Shown: positions 42,149 to 56,526, counted from the stretch's first letter. The stretch is 64,000 nt of DNA from Octopus vulgaris (GCA_951406725.2 OX597819.1:9610001-9674000); one strand, 5' to 3'. Numbers and translations: made by a program. The notes: a model not told the origin generated them from the sequence alone.

Positions 42149-42584
42149 TAGGTGTGTGTGTGTGTATGAGTAGGAGGGAGAGAATAGGAAACGAACCAGT
42201 TTCAAATGACCTAGGTTTTGTAAACTGGAATGTAAAAGCAAAGGTCAACACGAATGCTCACCCAACAAAACGTCTAATTGTTGAACCGTAGTTGGTTTTA
42301 TTATGTTGTAATGTTTGCTGCTGTATATGTATTTTTTTTTAATTATTTCTGTTATTTTACTTTTTAATGTGTCATGATTTGTTAGTCTTTCGTAATTGAT
42401 GGTGTTGAATGTTTAACGTTAAACTCTTTCTTTCCGGAATGGTAAACTTAACTGGGGAAGCGAGAGCGTGGCTCACGTGGATTGTAAAACGGCGCCACTG
42501 GAATGTCAAATATTGCGTATCATAGATTTATAGATGTCTGTGAATGCGAAGATTATTGTGTCTCTTGTTAGATATATGTGTGTG

Positions 42585-42630
<46 letters not shown>

Positions 42631-42671
42631 CGTGGATACAGAGAGAGAAACAAACAATCTAGCTAGCTAGC

Positions 42672-42705
<34 letters not shown>

Positions 42706-42907
42706 CATACATACATACATACATACATACATACATACATACATACATACATACATACATACATACATACATACACACATACCTACATACACACACACAT
42801 ACATACATACATACATACATACATACATACATACATACATACATACATACATGGATGGATGGATGGATATATGCATACATATATACATACATATTTATAC
42901 ATACATG

Positions 42908-43287
42908 AGGCGAGCGTGGCTGTGTGGTAAGACGTTTGCTTCCTAACCACATGGTCCCGGGTTCAGTCCCACTGCGTGGCACCTTGGGCAAATATCTTCT
43001 ACTATAGCGTCAGGCCGACCAAAGCCTTGTGAGTGAATCTGGTGAACGGAAACTGAAAGAAGCCATTCGCATATATGCGTATGTGTTTTTGTGTTTGCGT
43101 TCACCCCTTTCCGTGTGCTTGCGGTACCCCGTAACGTAGCAGTTCAACAAAAGATACCGACAGAATAAGTGCCAGGCTTTAAAAACATAATTAGCACTGG
43201 TGTCGATTCGTTCGATTCAAATTCAAGGCAATGCTCCAGCATGGCCGCAGGCTAATGACTGAAGCAAGTAAACGGTAAAAGGTAAAA
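42908..43287 (+). mobile_element. SINE family A, older variant
   Basis: Similar to other copies. Confidence 0.8.
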
Positions 43288-43332
43288 ATGATATGTGTGT
43301 GTGCATGTATACATACATATGTGTGTGTACAA

Positions 43333-43398
<66 letters not shown>

Positions 43399-43856
43399 TA
43401 CAAAAATGAACGCAACACATCCAGACAGTTAGGTGATATAAAAAAATAGACAAAAACAAAGAAAACAAGGACGGGTCTTTCGGAGTTTTCTATCATCAGT
43501 CGAGTCCCAGACTATCTTTGCGATTTCGGCTGGTTTCGTATGTACAAGAACAGTGTAAAATCCCTTCAAGTTTGTATGCAACTGGGTGGGAACAGATATT
43601 TTGGTACGTTATTGAGAAACTGGTGCAAAGATACAATCGGATGGAGAGGATTAGAAAGGAAAATGTTCGGTTTAAAGAAGCGAATGTGTAATTTTGTTGA
43701 TCAGGTCAACGGCAAAAAGAAGCTTGTCAACAGTTTGTCACACATAAACAAAGATACGAATTGTTACCGTACACACACACACATGCGTTCATTTATGCGC
43801 GCGCGCATATACAAACACGACACACCCATACACACACATTAAATAGATTAAATAGA

Positions 43857-44300
43857 CACGCCGGGCGAAATGCGTAGCCGTATTTCGTCTGCCGTTACGT
43901 TCTGAGTTCAAATTCCGCCGAGGTCGACTTTGCCTTTCATCCTTTCGGGATCGATAAATTAAGTACTTATTACATTATTACCCACAAGGGGCTAAACACA
44001 GAGGGGACAAACAAGGACAGACATAGGTATTAAGTGGATTACATCGACCCCAGTGCGTAACTGGTACTTAATTTATCGACCCCGAAAGGATGAAAGGCAA
44101 AGTCGACCTCGGCGGAATTTGAACTCACAACGTAACGCAGACGAAATACCGCTAAGCATTTCGCCCGGCGTGCTAACGCTTCTGCCAGCTCGCCGATAAA
44201 TTAAGTACCAGTTACGCACTGGGGTCGATGTAATCGACTTAATCCGTTTGTCTGTCCTTGTTTGTCTCCTCTGTGTTTAGCCCCTTGTGGGTAGTAAAGA
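43857..44300. mobile_element. SINE family C with an antisense family C copy nested inside
   Basis: TSD gataaattaagtac at 43953-43966 and 44195-44208. Confidence 0.88.
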
Positions 44301-44685
44301 TTTACATTAAATAGATTTCGTTGTACATATTCGCATGTTCTGTCAGGAGCACACATGAACACAACACAATGATATAAAAAAACAATATGTTAGAATTAGA
44401 TTACAAAATAGGGAAATAAAGAGATAATAAAAGTAAAAGCATTGTAATAAAGGTATTCAGTACACAATACACATACATTAAAGCAGACGAGGAAGGGTGG
44501 AAATAGGAAGTGGGGAAACGTGTTCCCAGAGTGAATAATACGTTGTAGTTAGTGTTTATTGGGTTGTGGTGAGCAATTACTACCTTCCTACTATTTCCGA
44601 TCATTCCTCCATAAAAGAAAGAAATATATATGTACGAACGTACATACTTATATATGTATGTTTTTATTTATATATATATATATAT

Positions 44686-45065
<380 letters not shown>

Positions 45066-45241
45066 GTATATATGTAAATAGATGAGTGTATTTTACCTTG
45101 TTAACAATTAACACGGAAAAAATAAATAAATAGTTACCAGGGCAGCAAAGATAGTATGAGTGGGATTTTCGAAACATGTGTCGAAAGTAAAAATATTTGA
45201 TTACACCTGCGTTAAACTCCATTTATTTATTCATATACGTA

Positions 45242-45286
<45 letters not shown>

Positions 45287-45289
45287 TTG

Positions 45290-45341
<52 letters not shown>

Positions 45342-45419
45342 CGTATATATGTATATATATATATACGTATCTGTGTATATATAAATATATATATATATAT
45401 ATATAAATATATATACGTA

Positions 45420-45463
<44 letters not shown>

Positions 45464-45480
45464 GAGAGAGAGGTGGGGGA

Positions 45481-45788
45481 GAGTAAACAGGAAATAGAGA
45501 ATACTGATCAGCAACAATTGACTTACATCAATTATTATTTATTAATTCAATAAAAATAGTCTGCATCCCATCTAACAGCTGTTTCTGCTTCCAGTGTTAT
45601 ACGGTATTGCTATTGAAAGTTCTGAAAATAATATTCATCATATTTGATAATACACCCAATCTGGAACATAGAGATTCATCACAGTGGCGCTGTTAGATGG
45701 GATACAATCTATTTATATCGAATCAAAAAATAATATTTGATGTGAGTCAATTGTTGTTGATCAATATTTCTCCATTTTCTGTTTATTT
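45481..45788. repeat. Diverged inverted repeat, ~100-bp arms and ~110-bp spacer
   Basis: 45481-45578 versus 45689-45788. Contains GAA ACAGCTGT on the minus strand. Confidence 0.7.
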
Positions 45789-46122
45789 TAAATTTGATTC
45801 CTGATAAACTCATGTTTATCTTTGTCGTTGCCTGTAACCTATGAGCTTAATATGCTTGCATATGTATGTCCAGGGTCAACATATGTAATTATACCCGTAG
45901 TATAACGGATATTTTTTATCCCTTAGACTGCTATTCCAACCTCCAAGTCTACTAAACTTATATGTGTGTGTATGTATGTATGTGGGGATATATATACATA
46001 TATATATACTTATATATATATATGTGTGTGTGTGTGCGTGTGTGTGTATGTATGTATAGAGAATAGCTATATGTATGTGTGTGTATATGCATACATATAT
46101 GTATACGTATTTATATCTATAT

Positions 46123-46200
<78 letters not shown>

Positions 46201-46221
46201 TGTTGCATTGCAGGATGGTCT

Positions 46222-46281
<60 letters not shown>

Positions 46282-46371
46282 TTTGGGGGATTTTTTGCCA
46301 AATAAACATACGCACTATATACTCGTTCTTCACTAGATTATTACAGTCCTTATTCTAACTCTTGTCCATTG

Positions 46372-46414
46372 TGCGGAAATATTTCGTCACACATCTGTGA
46401 CCTCCTCAGCAACA
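46372..46414 (-). ncRNA. Hammerhead ribozyme candidate (C3-G8 core) in a (TA)n-flanked element at 46278-46460
   Basis: tgttg CTGAGGA G gtcaca-gatg-tgtgac GAAA TATTT ccgca. Helix II is 6 bp; helix I has one mismatch. Confidence 0.65.
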
Positions 46415-46458
46415 TTTTCTGTCTATGTGTGTGGTCTGGCTCTGCTTATTCCATTTTG

Positions 46459-46511
<53 letters not shown>

Positions 46512-46780
46512 TGACATATACCTTTACAAACACACACACACACACACACACACATATAAACCTTTATAAACATATATGTGTGTGTGTGTATGTATGTACT
46601 TATGTATGTGTGTATGTATGTATGTATGTATGTATGTTTGTATAAAATATGGATTTTCGAAAATTCTTTATCATTGAGATTCTTTCAAAAATTCAAAACT
46701 TTATCTTGTATAGTATGCTACTATTATTCGTCAAGTTTTTGTGAGTGTGTGTGTGTGTGTATGTGCATGTATGTATATGC

Positions 46781-46835
<55 letters not shown>

Positions 46836-46959
46836 TATATATGTGCGTCTGTGTATGCATATATATAGACACATACACACATATCTATCTATATATCTAT
46901 GTATGTGTGTATGTATGTAAGTAAGTACACGGTGCACATACCCATTTTTATATACATAC

Positions 46960-46997
<38 letters not shown>

Positions 46998-47000
<3 letters not shown>

Positions 47001-47205
47001 GGAGTAAACACATAAATGTGAAACAAGGTGGATAAAAGAGTACTCAATACCAGTGGTAGAGTAATATGCTTTATTTAAAGCAGCAGAAAATTCTACAAAA
47101 CCTGTTACTCTGAGTTTCGCATTGCCGTTCATGAACGGCAACGAACGGCAACGCGAAACTCAGAGTAACAGGTTTTGTAGAATTTTCTGCTGCTTTAAAT
47201 AAAGT
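46998..47205 (-). mobile_element. Fold-back family of 30969, copy 3
   Basis: Arms 47069-47204 centred on ttca|tgaa, with a 10-nt duplication in the right arm. Confidence 0.8.
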
Positions 47206-47220
47206 GTATATACATACATA

Positions 47221-47314
<94 letters not shown>

Positions 47315-47781
47315 ATCAAGGATGTGTCTGAATATGGAATGTATGCAATGTCTACTGAGATTAGAATAACTTTATTAATTATTAAATATAAAAAGCAAAT
47401 GATTTCCACTTCATTATAAAAATGTTAATTTAATGCATGGAATACTGTAAATGGCAACTCTTTTGATGTTATGCAAGCATCATTTCATCCGCCTTCGAAG
47501 TTGAATTTTTATAACCCGAGTAACTTTATGAAACCTAAGTTCTGTAAGCTTAGATTCAGAATGAATTAAATTTGGTTTCGTGAGGACAGAACATATTTTG
47601 CTTTCGATATTACGGAACGAGGTCTTTGACCGTGTGCGTAGTACTGCACATTGCATTGCGTACATACGTTGCTTCATCTGAATGAGACATTATTCTATAT
47701 CGGGGAGCATAAATTACTAACAATTAATATTTACATATTTGTGTGTAAGTACTATGTGTGTGTGTGTGTGTGTGTGTGTGT

Positions 47782-47901
<120 letters not shown>

Positions 47902-47960
47902 CTGTGTGTCTGTGTGTGTGTCGTTTTCTGAATTTGTGTATGTAAACGCAAATTCAAGTA

Positions 47961-48460
47961 CGAGGGTGCGCTGAAAAGTAAACTGACCTCTGGCTGTAGA
48001 AAAGAAAATTTCCTAACTATCTCAGCAAATTGGCAGAGCACTCTCAATTGATGATGTGGTCCCTTTGAAGATAATCAATAAACACAATGCCTTTTGTATC
48101 CCAAAAAAAAAACGAGGTCATCACTTTCCCTGCAAATGAAATGATCTTGGCCTTCCGTGGAGCAGGTGAGGAGGCGTGGTTCCACCGCACGAAGTGTCTC
48201 TTCGTCTCTGACTCAAGTGATGAACGAAACGTCCAAGGAAACGAGCTGGATCTATCAGATTTTCCCATGATACAATCAACCTGGTGCTCCTTTGGTCAGG
48301 TATCAGTAGGTGAGGCACTCACAGAGCAGAAATCTTCGTCGTGCCAATTCTATTTTGCAGAATATTCTCAACTCTCTCACGACATATGCTATTAGCATAT
48401 TTATAGTCAAACGCCTGTCATCCATCAACATGTGATGAACACGATGTTTTCTTCGGTGAT
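47961..48460 (-). mobile_element. Internally deleted mariner fragment
   Basis: ta|cgagggtgcgctgaaaagt TIR-like end. VPHLLIPDQ and SFAGKVMTSFFFWDTKGIVFIDYL motifs. Confidence 0.75.
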
Positions 48461-48469
48461 GGTAGTTAT

Positions 48470-48804
48470 AGTACTTATTCTTTGTAAGCCCAGTACTTAT
48501 TCTATCGGTGTCTTTTTGCCGAACCGCTAAGTGACGGGGACGTTAACACACCAGCATCGGTTGTCAAGCGATGGTGGAGGGGGGACAAACACAGACACAC
48601 AAACATATGCACACACATACATATACACATATATACATATATACGACAGGCTTCTTTCAGTTTCCGTCTACCAAATCCACACACAAGGCATTGGTCGGCC
48701 CGAGGCTATAGCAGAAGACACTTGCCCAAGATGCCACGCAGTGGGACTGAACCCGGAACTGTGTGGTTGGTAAGCAAGCTACTTACCACACAGCCACTCC
48801 TGCG

Positions 48805-48808
<4 letters not shown>
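48470..48808 (-). mobile_element. SINE family A lacking its tail
   Basis: Similar to other copies. Confidence 0.85.
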
Positions 48809-48837
<29 letters not shown>

Positions 48838-49195
48838 CAACAAAATATTTAAAGGCAATTGGAACTTAATCGTCAATTTATAATACACTGTATCAATCTA
48901 TGGAAGAAGTAAGATGGAAGTGAGAAAAATGATAGGAAAATGAGAGAGTGAAACGGAAACGGCGAAGTAGAGATTCTGAGTTGGTCACGTGGAAAGGAAA
49001 AAAAACATGACGGAAACAAAAAATGTATTGAAGTGAAACCATACAAACAGTATGGCGTGTGTTTTCCGCGGTTTCGACGGAGAACAACTGTTTATTATAC
49101 TATCTTATATTATATTATTTAATTCTATTTTATTTTATATTACATTATTCTATTTTTACGTCATTTAGATATGAGTGTACATATATAAATACATA

Positions 49196-49252
<57 letters not shown>

Positions 49253-49489
49253 TGTATGTATGTATGTATTACCTTCATGTATATTTGAATTCCTGTGAAA
49301 TAATTAAGAACATCTGAGGTTTGAAAAGAATGTAATATATTCCATATGCACTGCACACATACACGCACAGATACATACATACACACACATACATATAAAC
49401 ATACATATGTACATACATGCATTTTTACATTTATACATATTTACACTCGCATATATACATACGTACACACACACACACATATATACATA

Positions 49490-49538
<49 letters not shown>

Positions 49539-49574
49539 GTATATATATATATGTGTATGTATATATATATATAT

Positions 49575-49786
49575 ATAAAATGAGATAGGGGTTGAAAATT
49601 CAACCCACCATGGGATAATATATATCCAATATACTGCTAGATAGGTACCCAACAAAAATAATACATAGATGTTAAAAATTGTCAAGCAATCAGTTCATCT
49701 ATTGTATTAAATGGGTAAAGGTAATAATATTACCGTAAATTAATACTACAAAATTAGAGAATGGAGAACCATTCTCTAATTTTGTA

Positions 49787-49790
<4 letters not shown>
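49575..49790 (-). mobile_element. (TA)n-embedded element with terminal hairpin
   Basis: Perfect 22-bp arms at 49743-49764 and 49769-49790. Confidence 0.65.
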
Positions 49791-49835
<45 letters not shown>

Positions 49836-50007
49836 AATTATTAATTATAATAAAGGGTTAATTGCAACAAGTTGCTCAAAACCACATACCGAAAATATTA
49901 GAAATGGCAGCCAAATAGGTCACCATTTCTCCTACTAATAAAAAAGTCTCCACAAACAGAATTTGCAACCCGTATATGGCAAAGAGAATTATATTTCACC
50001 CTTTTTG

Positions 50008-50060
<53 letters not shown>

Positions 50061-50101
50061 CGTATGTATGTACATATATATATATGAATATATGTATATA
50101 T

Positions 50102-50158
<57 letters not shown>

Positions 50159-50224
50159 AAGTTTATTTGCCAACGTAAAGTGGCAGCCCTCATTAGGTCC
50201 AATGTTGCTGTTATTTAGCTAAAC

Positions 50225-50920
50225 TGGCAAAATGGTGCAGATTATGCTGGTGAAATCGCTCTGGTGTAGTTGCCGTATCAGAATCTACCACCCGTCTGTA
50301 AGACTTTAAGAAAATGACCGAGGATATTGAGGTTTATGTCAACACCTCAAAATCTAAATACATATGCTTCGGTCACGAAGGATCAATAAGTACAATTTCA
50401 CAAAACCCTCTAAAATCTTTAGGCTCCTTCGTGTACTGAAGGAACAACAATCCATCAACAGAAAATGATGTAAAAATTCGACTCGCAAAGCGTGAGCAAT
50501 TTTTCGTGGCTTCGGTGTCATCTAGAAATCTTTACGTGATGGTTTTATGAGAATCTTCTTTCTTATTACTATGGAATCAGTGCTATTGTACGAGTCTATT
50601 ACTTGGACACTCACTAAACACCTGAAGGAAACGCTTGACGGCACTTACACCCGCATGTTCCCAGCTGTTTTGAATATCTCCTGACAAAAGCTCCCAATCA
50701 AAACAACTGTACTGATGATATTCTTAGAGAAAGATGCATGCATTTTGCGGAACATTGCTGCAGAGCTAAGCAAGCACTCATTATTGATACTCTCTAATGG
50801 ACATCTCACATGGATAAACTCGGCTCCAGTAAAAAAAAAAAAAACTATATTTCAGCGGTGGTGCCCCAGCATGGCCGCGGCCTTCGGGCTAAAACATTTT
50901 AAAGGATTTTAAGGATTTAT
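50225..50920 (+). mobile_element. Decayed RTE-type LINE 3' part
   Basis: DYAGEIAL (YADD-like), VYVNTSKSKYI, STENDVKIRLAK, ESVLLYESITWTLTKHLKETLDGTYTRMF. Ends with a ccccagcatggccgcggccttcgggctaaaac tail. Confidence 0.75.
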
Positions 50921-51170
50921 ATTAACCAGCTAGATATTAACCTCCTTAGCTACAAAAAGTTGTGATTTTGGTGGATCACTGATCGAATCAGACAAATCCG
51001 AACAAGCTTCACCGAATGAAAATGTGCATCTGTCTATCTGTCTGTCTGTCTGTAGGTGTGTATATGTATGTATGTATGTATGAATGTGTGTATGTATGTA
51101 TGTATGTATGTATGTATGTATGTATGAATGTATGTATGTATGTATGTATGTATGCATATATGTATGTATG

Positions 51171-51204
<34 letters not shown>

Positions 51205-51536
51205 TGTATGTATATGTATGTATGTATGGGCGTGTGTAGGTATGTCTGTATGTCTGGGTACACGTTAGGGTGGACAAACGTGAGAAAAGAGGACGTAATA
51301 TAAAAAGAAAAGTTGTTCTGAAGTGCCACTCTCTCATTACTCTGATGTGAAATGGGCAACTTTGAATATCGATGGAGTGAAATCTCAGTTTCGTATAATG
51401 AATGCATGCATACATACAACTGTGTATATGCATGTATGTCTGTATAACATATACATATATAACGCGCGCGTGTGTAAATAGATCTAGATATTTATATGAG
51501 AGAGAGAAAGAGAGAAGCGAGAGAAGCGAGTGAGTG

Positions 51537-51577
<41 letters not shown>

Positions 51578-52025
51578 AAAGAGTTTAAAATATACGAAAA
51601 TAGTCAACTTTACTTCATTATATCAGTTATTTCTCGGAATTTTTTAAGATGAATAAATAGTTCACATTTTTTTTATCGTAACTGCATTTTCTAAATTTTT
51701 GTTTTTCTACAAAGATTTTGTAGTTCATTTTTAAAATATTCATCTTCTAGAAACATGATTCTCTTTAATATTCTATTATCTGATTAGATAACAAGATAAT
51801 TATTTATTTATTCCATTTAACTAGTACAATAAAGAGTGACTGCAGCTTCGATGATTCATGATGAAACGTATCCATTAACCGGTGATTACTTTGTAAACTT
51901 CTGAATTTAGAATAATGAGGTTAGTGTCTTCATGCCTTGCATATACGCGGGAGTAAAACTAGTTGAAATGGAAGATTACTATAGTAGCTGAACGCCTACA
52001 CAATACGCAATGACGTTATATTAAA

Positions 52026-52082
52026 CTAGCAGTATCGCCCGGTGTTGCTCGGGTTTGTAAGGGAAATAACTATATAAGCATG
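52026..52082 (-). mobile_element. Helitron 3' end of the 2914/4856 family
   Basis: Hairpin cccgagcaacaccggg followed by CTAG|T. Confidence 0.75.
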
Positions 52083-52559
52083 TTTAGGCATTATTAAATT
52101 TCTTCAGTTGTGACGTCAGATTTTGTCTTCCATTATATACCTTTTTAACTGAGCCATTTTTATATTTAATCTAGTTACAGATCATTAGACAGAAGAATAA
52201 AATGTCTTTTAGTATGTTTCTTTATGTCCCTTGTGTACGTTGCGAGTTCGAAAGAGAAAAAAAGGTTATTCATCAACTGAAATTGTAGTGAATGTTTCCA
52301 CTCACAGATATTGCACTCACAAACGGAAACTGGATAAATGCCATTAAAAAAAGATAAATTTCTCGGAAACAAATAGTTTTCGCAACCCTTGTCTTTCATA
52401 GGCAAAGTCATACAAATAGTTCTGTTTCCTAAGCTGTGTAAACCACTTATAATGTCCATTCTTTGTATGAAAATTTGGAATGAAATGTTCCTTATTTTAT
52501 CCTATCTTTCGCTCTCTACGCTACTTTCAGTAAATTGATCTCGTCAAATTGTTGACGTC

Positions 52560-53088
52560 TTTGCGTTCGAACAACTCTAATACCTTCTGATACTGTTCTC
52601 AAGAACCCAACAATATATTTCTTTACTACCCACAAGGGGCTAAACACAGAGGGGACAAACAAGGACAGACAAAGGGGTTAAGTCGACTACATCGACCCCA
52701 GTGCGTAACTGGTACTTAAATTATCGACCCCGAAAGGATGAAAGGCAAAGTCGACCTCGGCGGAATTTGAACTCGGAACGTAACGACAGACGAATTTCGC
52801 CCGGCGTGCTAACGTTTCTGCCAGCTCGCCGCTGGTACTATTTTCACCTTCTTCATTTTCCATAGCCAGGCTATTTCGTACTTGAGAGGGTTGTATTTAT
52901 CTATCTTTTCGCCTTCCGTCTTGACTATTCGTGGGTCAAAGGGGCATGCAGCAACGACTATAAAGCATGTGTGTTGCATCTTGTCCACCACCAGTCTGTT
53001 ATGCTCTGGCACCTGGTCTGTTTGGACTGGGAAATCCCGGAAGATTTTGACTCCGCCACTCTCTGCGGTTTGTTCTCATAACACGTCT

Positions 53089-53166
<78 letters not shown>

Positions 53167-53395
53167 GCCCCTACTTTTCGCACAGATTCAAATGTAGCAC
53201 TTTCGCTACCTGATCGTGTCGCCACAGCTTGTACTGGTTTGGGGCAAGTCTAGGGCATTCGTTCGTGATATGGACAATGGTGTCATCCACTCTATTGCAG
53301 ATGCGGCACAGCAGAGACACTTATTCATTTCTAAGGTTGACCCACCAGTTCGTGGTCAAAACTTGGTCTTGCGCTACCAGTATAGTGCTCTTGGA

Positions 53396-53397
<2 letters not shown>
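52560..53397 (-). mobile_element. R4/Dong-type LINE fragment (CCHC, RHD, RLE), interrupted by (CT)n and a SINE
   Basis: AQDQVLTTN...CRICNRVDDTIVHITNECPRLAPNQYKLWRHDQVAKVLH...KIFRDFPVQTD..EHNRLVVDK..ACPFDPRIVKTEGEKIDKY. Abuts (TTA)n. Confidence 0.85.
52617..52832 (-). mobile_element. SINE family C
   Basis: Similar to other copies. Confidence 0.85.
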
Positions 53398-53959
<562 letters not shown>

Positions 53960-53960
<1 letters not shown>

Positions 53961-54168
53961 CAATAGTCTTATTTTTATCACGTGCTTTCACTGCACTACC
54001 GAGCACAACTCTGTGTGCCTTGGAAATGTTCTGCGGTTTGTTGTGATGCTCTTATTTTTACTGTATTGAAGGTGTTTTACATAGAAAGTGTGTGGTGTTT
54101 AGTAGTACTATTTTCTGTATGCTATATATATACTTGTACGTCCTAGAGTTTTTGTCATGTATTTGTCT

Positions 54169-54170
<2 letters not shown>
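53960..54170 (-). mobile_element. R4/Dong-type 3' end
   Basis: IQKIVLLNTTHFLCKT, homologous to 61725-62045. Confidence 0.75.
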
Positions 54171-54226
<56 letters not shown>

Positions 54227-54302
54227 GGTGGTGGTGGTGGTGGTGGTGGTGGTGGTGGTGGTGGTGGTAGTGGTGGTGGTGGTGGTGGTGGTGGTGGTGG
54301 TG

Positions 54303-54368
<66 letters not shown>

Positions 54369-54794
54369 CAAAAATATCCTTCCCCAACAATGCGTTGACC
54401 TCGCATTAATGTGAGAAATCAGACTGAGTCCATAACTCCAGTTAATTCTATGAACAGAACTGTAAACTGTGTGTGTGGCGTAGAAGTAGAACATTTTTGG
54501 ATATTAATGTCATGCCTGAAAAAAAGCTATTTCATATAAGTTGTTTGAACCTTGTCAAACAGAGCTGCTACATGCACTGCTAGGCAGTGATATATTGTGG
54601 AAATATCAGATGAAAGGAATGAGGTCAACACAGGAGCAGTTTCCAGAATGATGAACTGCTGAGAAAATAGATGACATGAAACTTAACGAGAGAAACATAG
54701 AAGCAGTGAAGATCAGATTGGTAGATGTATTAGGTAGATACAAATGAAATTTGTTGGGTAGTCAGTAGTCTCTTAGTAGCAAAGTTTGTCTAGA

Positions 54795-55122
54795 ACATAG
54801 TAATTGTTGTAAAGTATAGAAGCCATCTTATCATGGCTAACCACATTGGGGAGGGGGTGTTACTGTAGCTTTATAGCCCCAAGAGATCGTCGTCTCTAGC
54901 TGGCTTTAGACACAATATCAGTGTCCTTGGAGTATTTGCAAAGGGAGGCCATCATACTCCAAGGACATTGATATTGTGTCTAAAGCCAGCTAGAGACGAC
55001 GATCTCTTGGGGCTATAAAGCTACAGTAACACACCCTCCCCAATGTTGTTAGCCATGATAAGATGGCTTCTATACTTTACATTATCGAGCGATTACTGTT
55101 TCAATCTCATTCTGGGATTTAA
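54795..55122. mobile_element. Palindromic MITE
   Basis: Arms of about 125 bp between 54808 and 55081 with a ~18-nt loop. Terminus shared with 21633-21830. Confidence 0.85.
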
Positions 55123-55129
55123 TTATGCA

Positions 55130-56405
55130 TAGTAATTGTTCTTCGGTAGAAAATCGGATATATAGAAAAATACCAATGGATGGGAAACCCAGTAAATTTT
55201 ATGCAGAGATTTGTCTTGGTGAGACGATGTATTCTTTTTTTTTTTTATTTCTGATGGAGTTAATTTAAGAGTATTTTTTAAGACTTCACGCCTTTGACCT
55301 TTTTCTTGGCCTCTGATACTGGCGGGTGCGGTGGTGGGGAATATATTGAAAGCCATAGAGTGGAGTCTGAGTTTGAATAATTGCTTGAGTGAACTCCGCT
55401 AAAGCATGCAAGATCCTTGAGATGGACTAAATTTACAACCAAAGTATTGTGTAAAACAGTGTGAAAATCCGTTTGGTGAATTGTATATTCAAAAATCCAC
55501 CCAACGGTTTTTTTACATTGGTCCTATCTATTCCAGTTCACTTAGAAAACTTGGGTTGACCCAAGGCTGTAGCCAAAGACCCTCCCTCACAGTAATACGT
55601 GATGTAACCACAATGCCCATTGTCTAGTTACAAATTTCGATGTTCAATATTGTACACTAGTTAGTAGGGTAACTTCATCAAATTCTGTCTGTTCAGTTCG
55701 AGGTATAATTCGGAGCCGTTGTAGTTTCTGATAAAACATTAGGCTAACAGAAAACCACCAAAAAATTATCCCTAAGACGCTCACAGCTCATTTATAATCA
55801 ATTATAACATTAGACAGACTTCGTAGCTCCATTTTTAGGCAGTGGTAAAATATTGAATAGTAAGTACCTAGGTACATGAGTAACAATATTCATATCCAAT
55901 GGTGAATTAAATCAGGTGACCGTCCTATTCTTGATTCTTCTAAATTGTACGGGGATGTTCTTTTATACTAGTTTCTCACTAAATCCACTTCATGCTGGAA
56001 CATTACAGTGAGGGAAAGCCCTGATATAGCTAACTCTGCCTGTATTTGTGACTTGAGGTTGTTTGATTGTTGAGTATATACGTAGTGTCTTCGGCTTTGT
56101 GTCTTAGAAGTTAGCTATCATTAAATTGGTTCTAGTTTTCAAGCTTAAATCAAAAAAAGATTTCTTCAAAGTCCTTCTTAAATTTAACCATGGGGCAAGC
56201 GTTCATGTTGTATGTGATAACTAAACCGTCATCTCTGTACAATCCGAATTTGTGTACTTTGAAGGATGTCAAGAATAAACTGCCTCCAATTCGTCTATTG
56301 CGTCTTTATCATAGATGCCGAACAGAAAGTTACCCTCCTAGTTTACCCAGCAGGAATCGACGTAGTATAATAGCGACTTCCGAGCACTCGTTATTATTCA
56401 TTATT
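55130..56405 (-). mobile_element. Decayed Penelope-like (Naiad-type) RT and possibly GIY-YIG remnant
   Basis: IITSARKSLLYY..CWVN..GIYD..IDEL and KFGLYRDDGLVI, matching the ARKSLL/MGSYDGAE/GLYRDDGL signatures I recall for this clade. Possible KEYI(G)LT near 55225. Confidence 0.6.
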
Positions 56406-56526
56406 ATAGTACGAAACTAGATCTTTCGCTTTTGTATTTGTGTTGTTATCGGTGGCGGAGGTGGCGGATAGTTTTGTGTTTTAGAAATACTATACTTATA
56501 AACATATGTACAATGTCTATGAAAGA

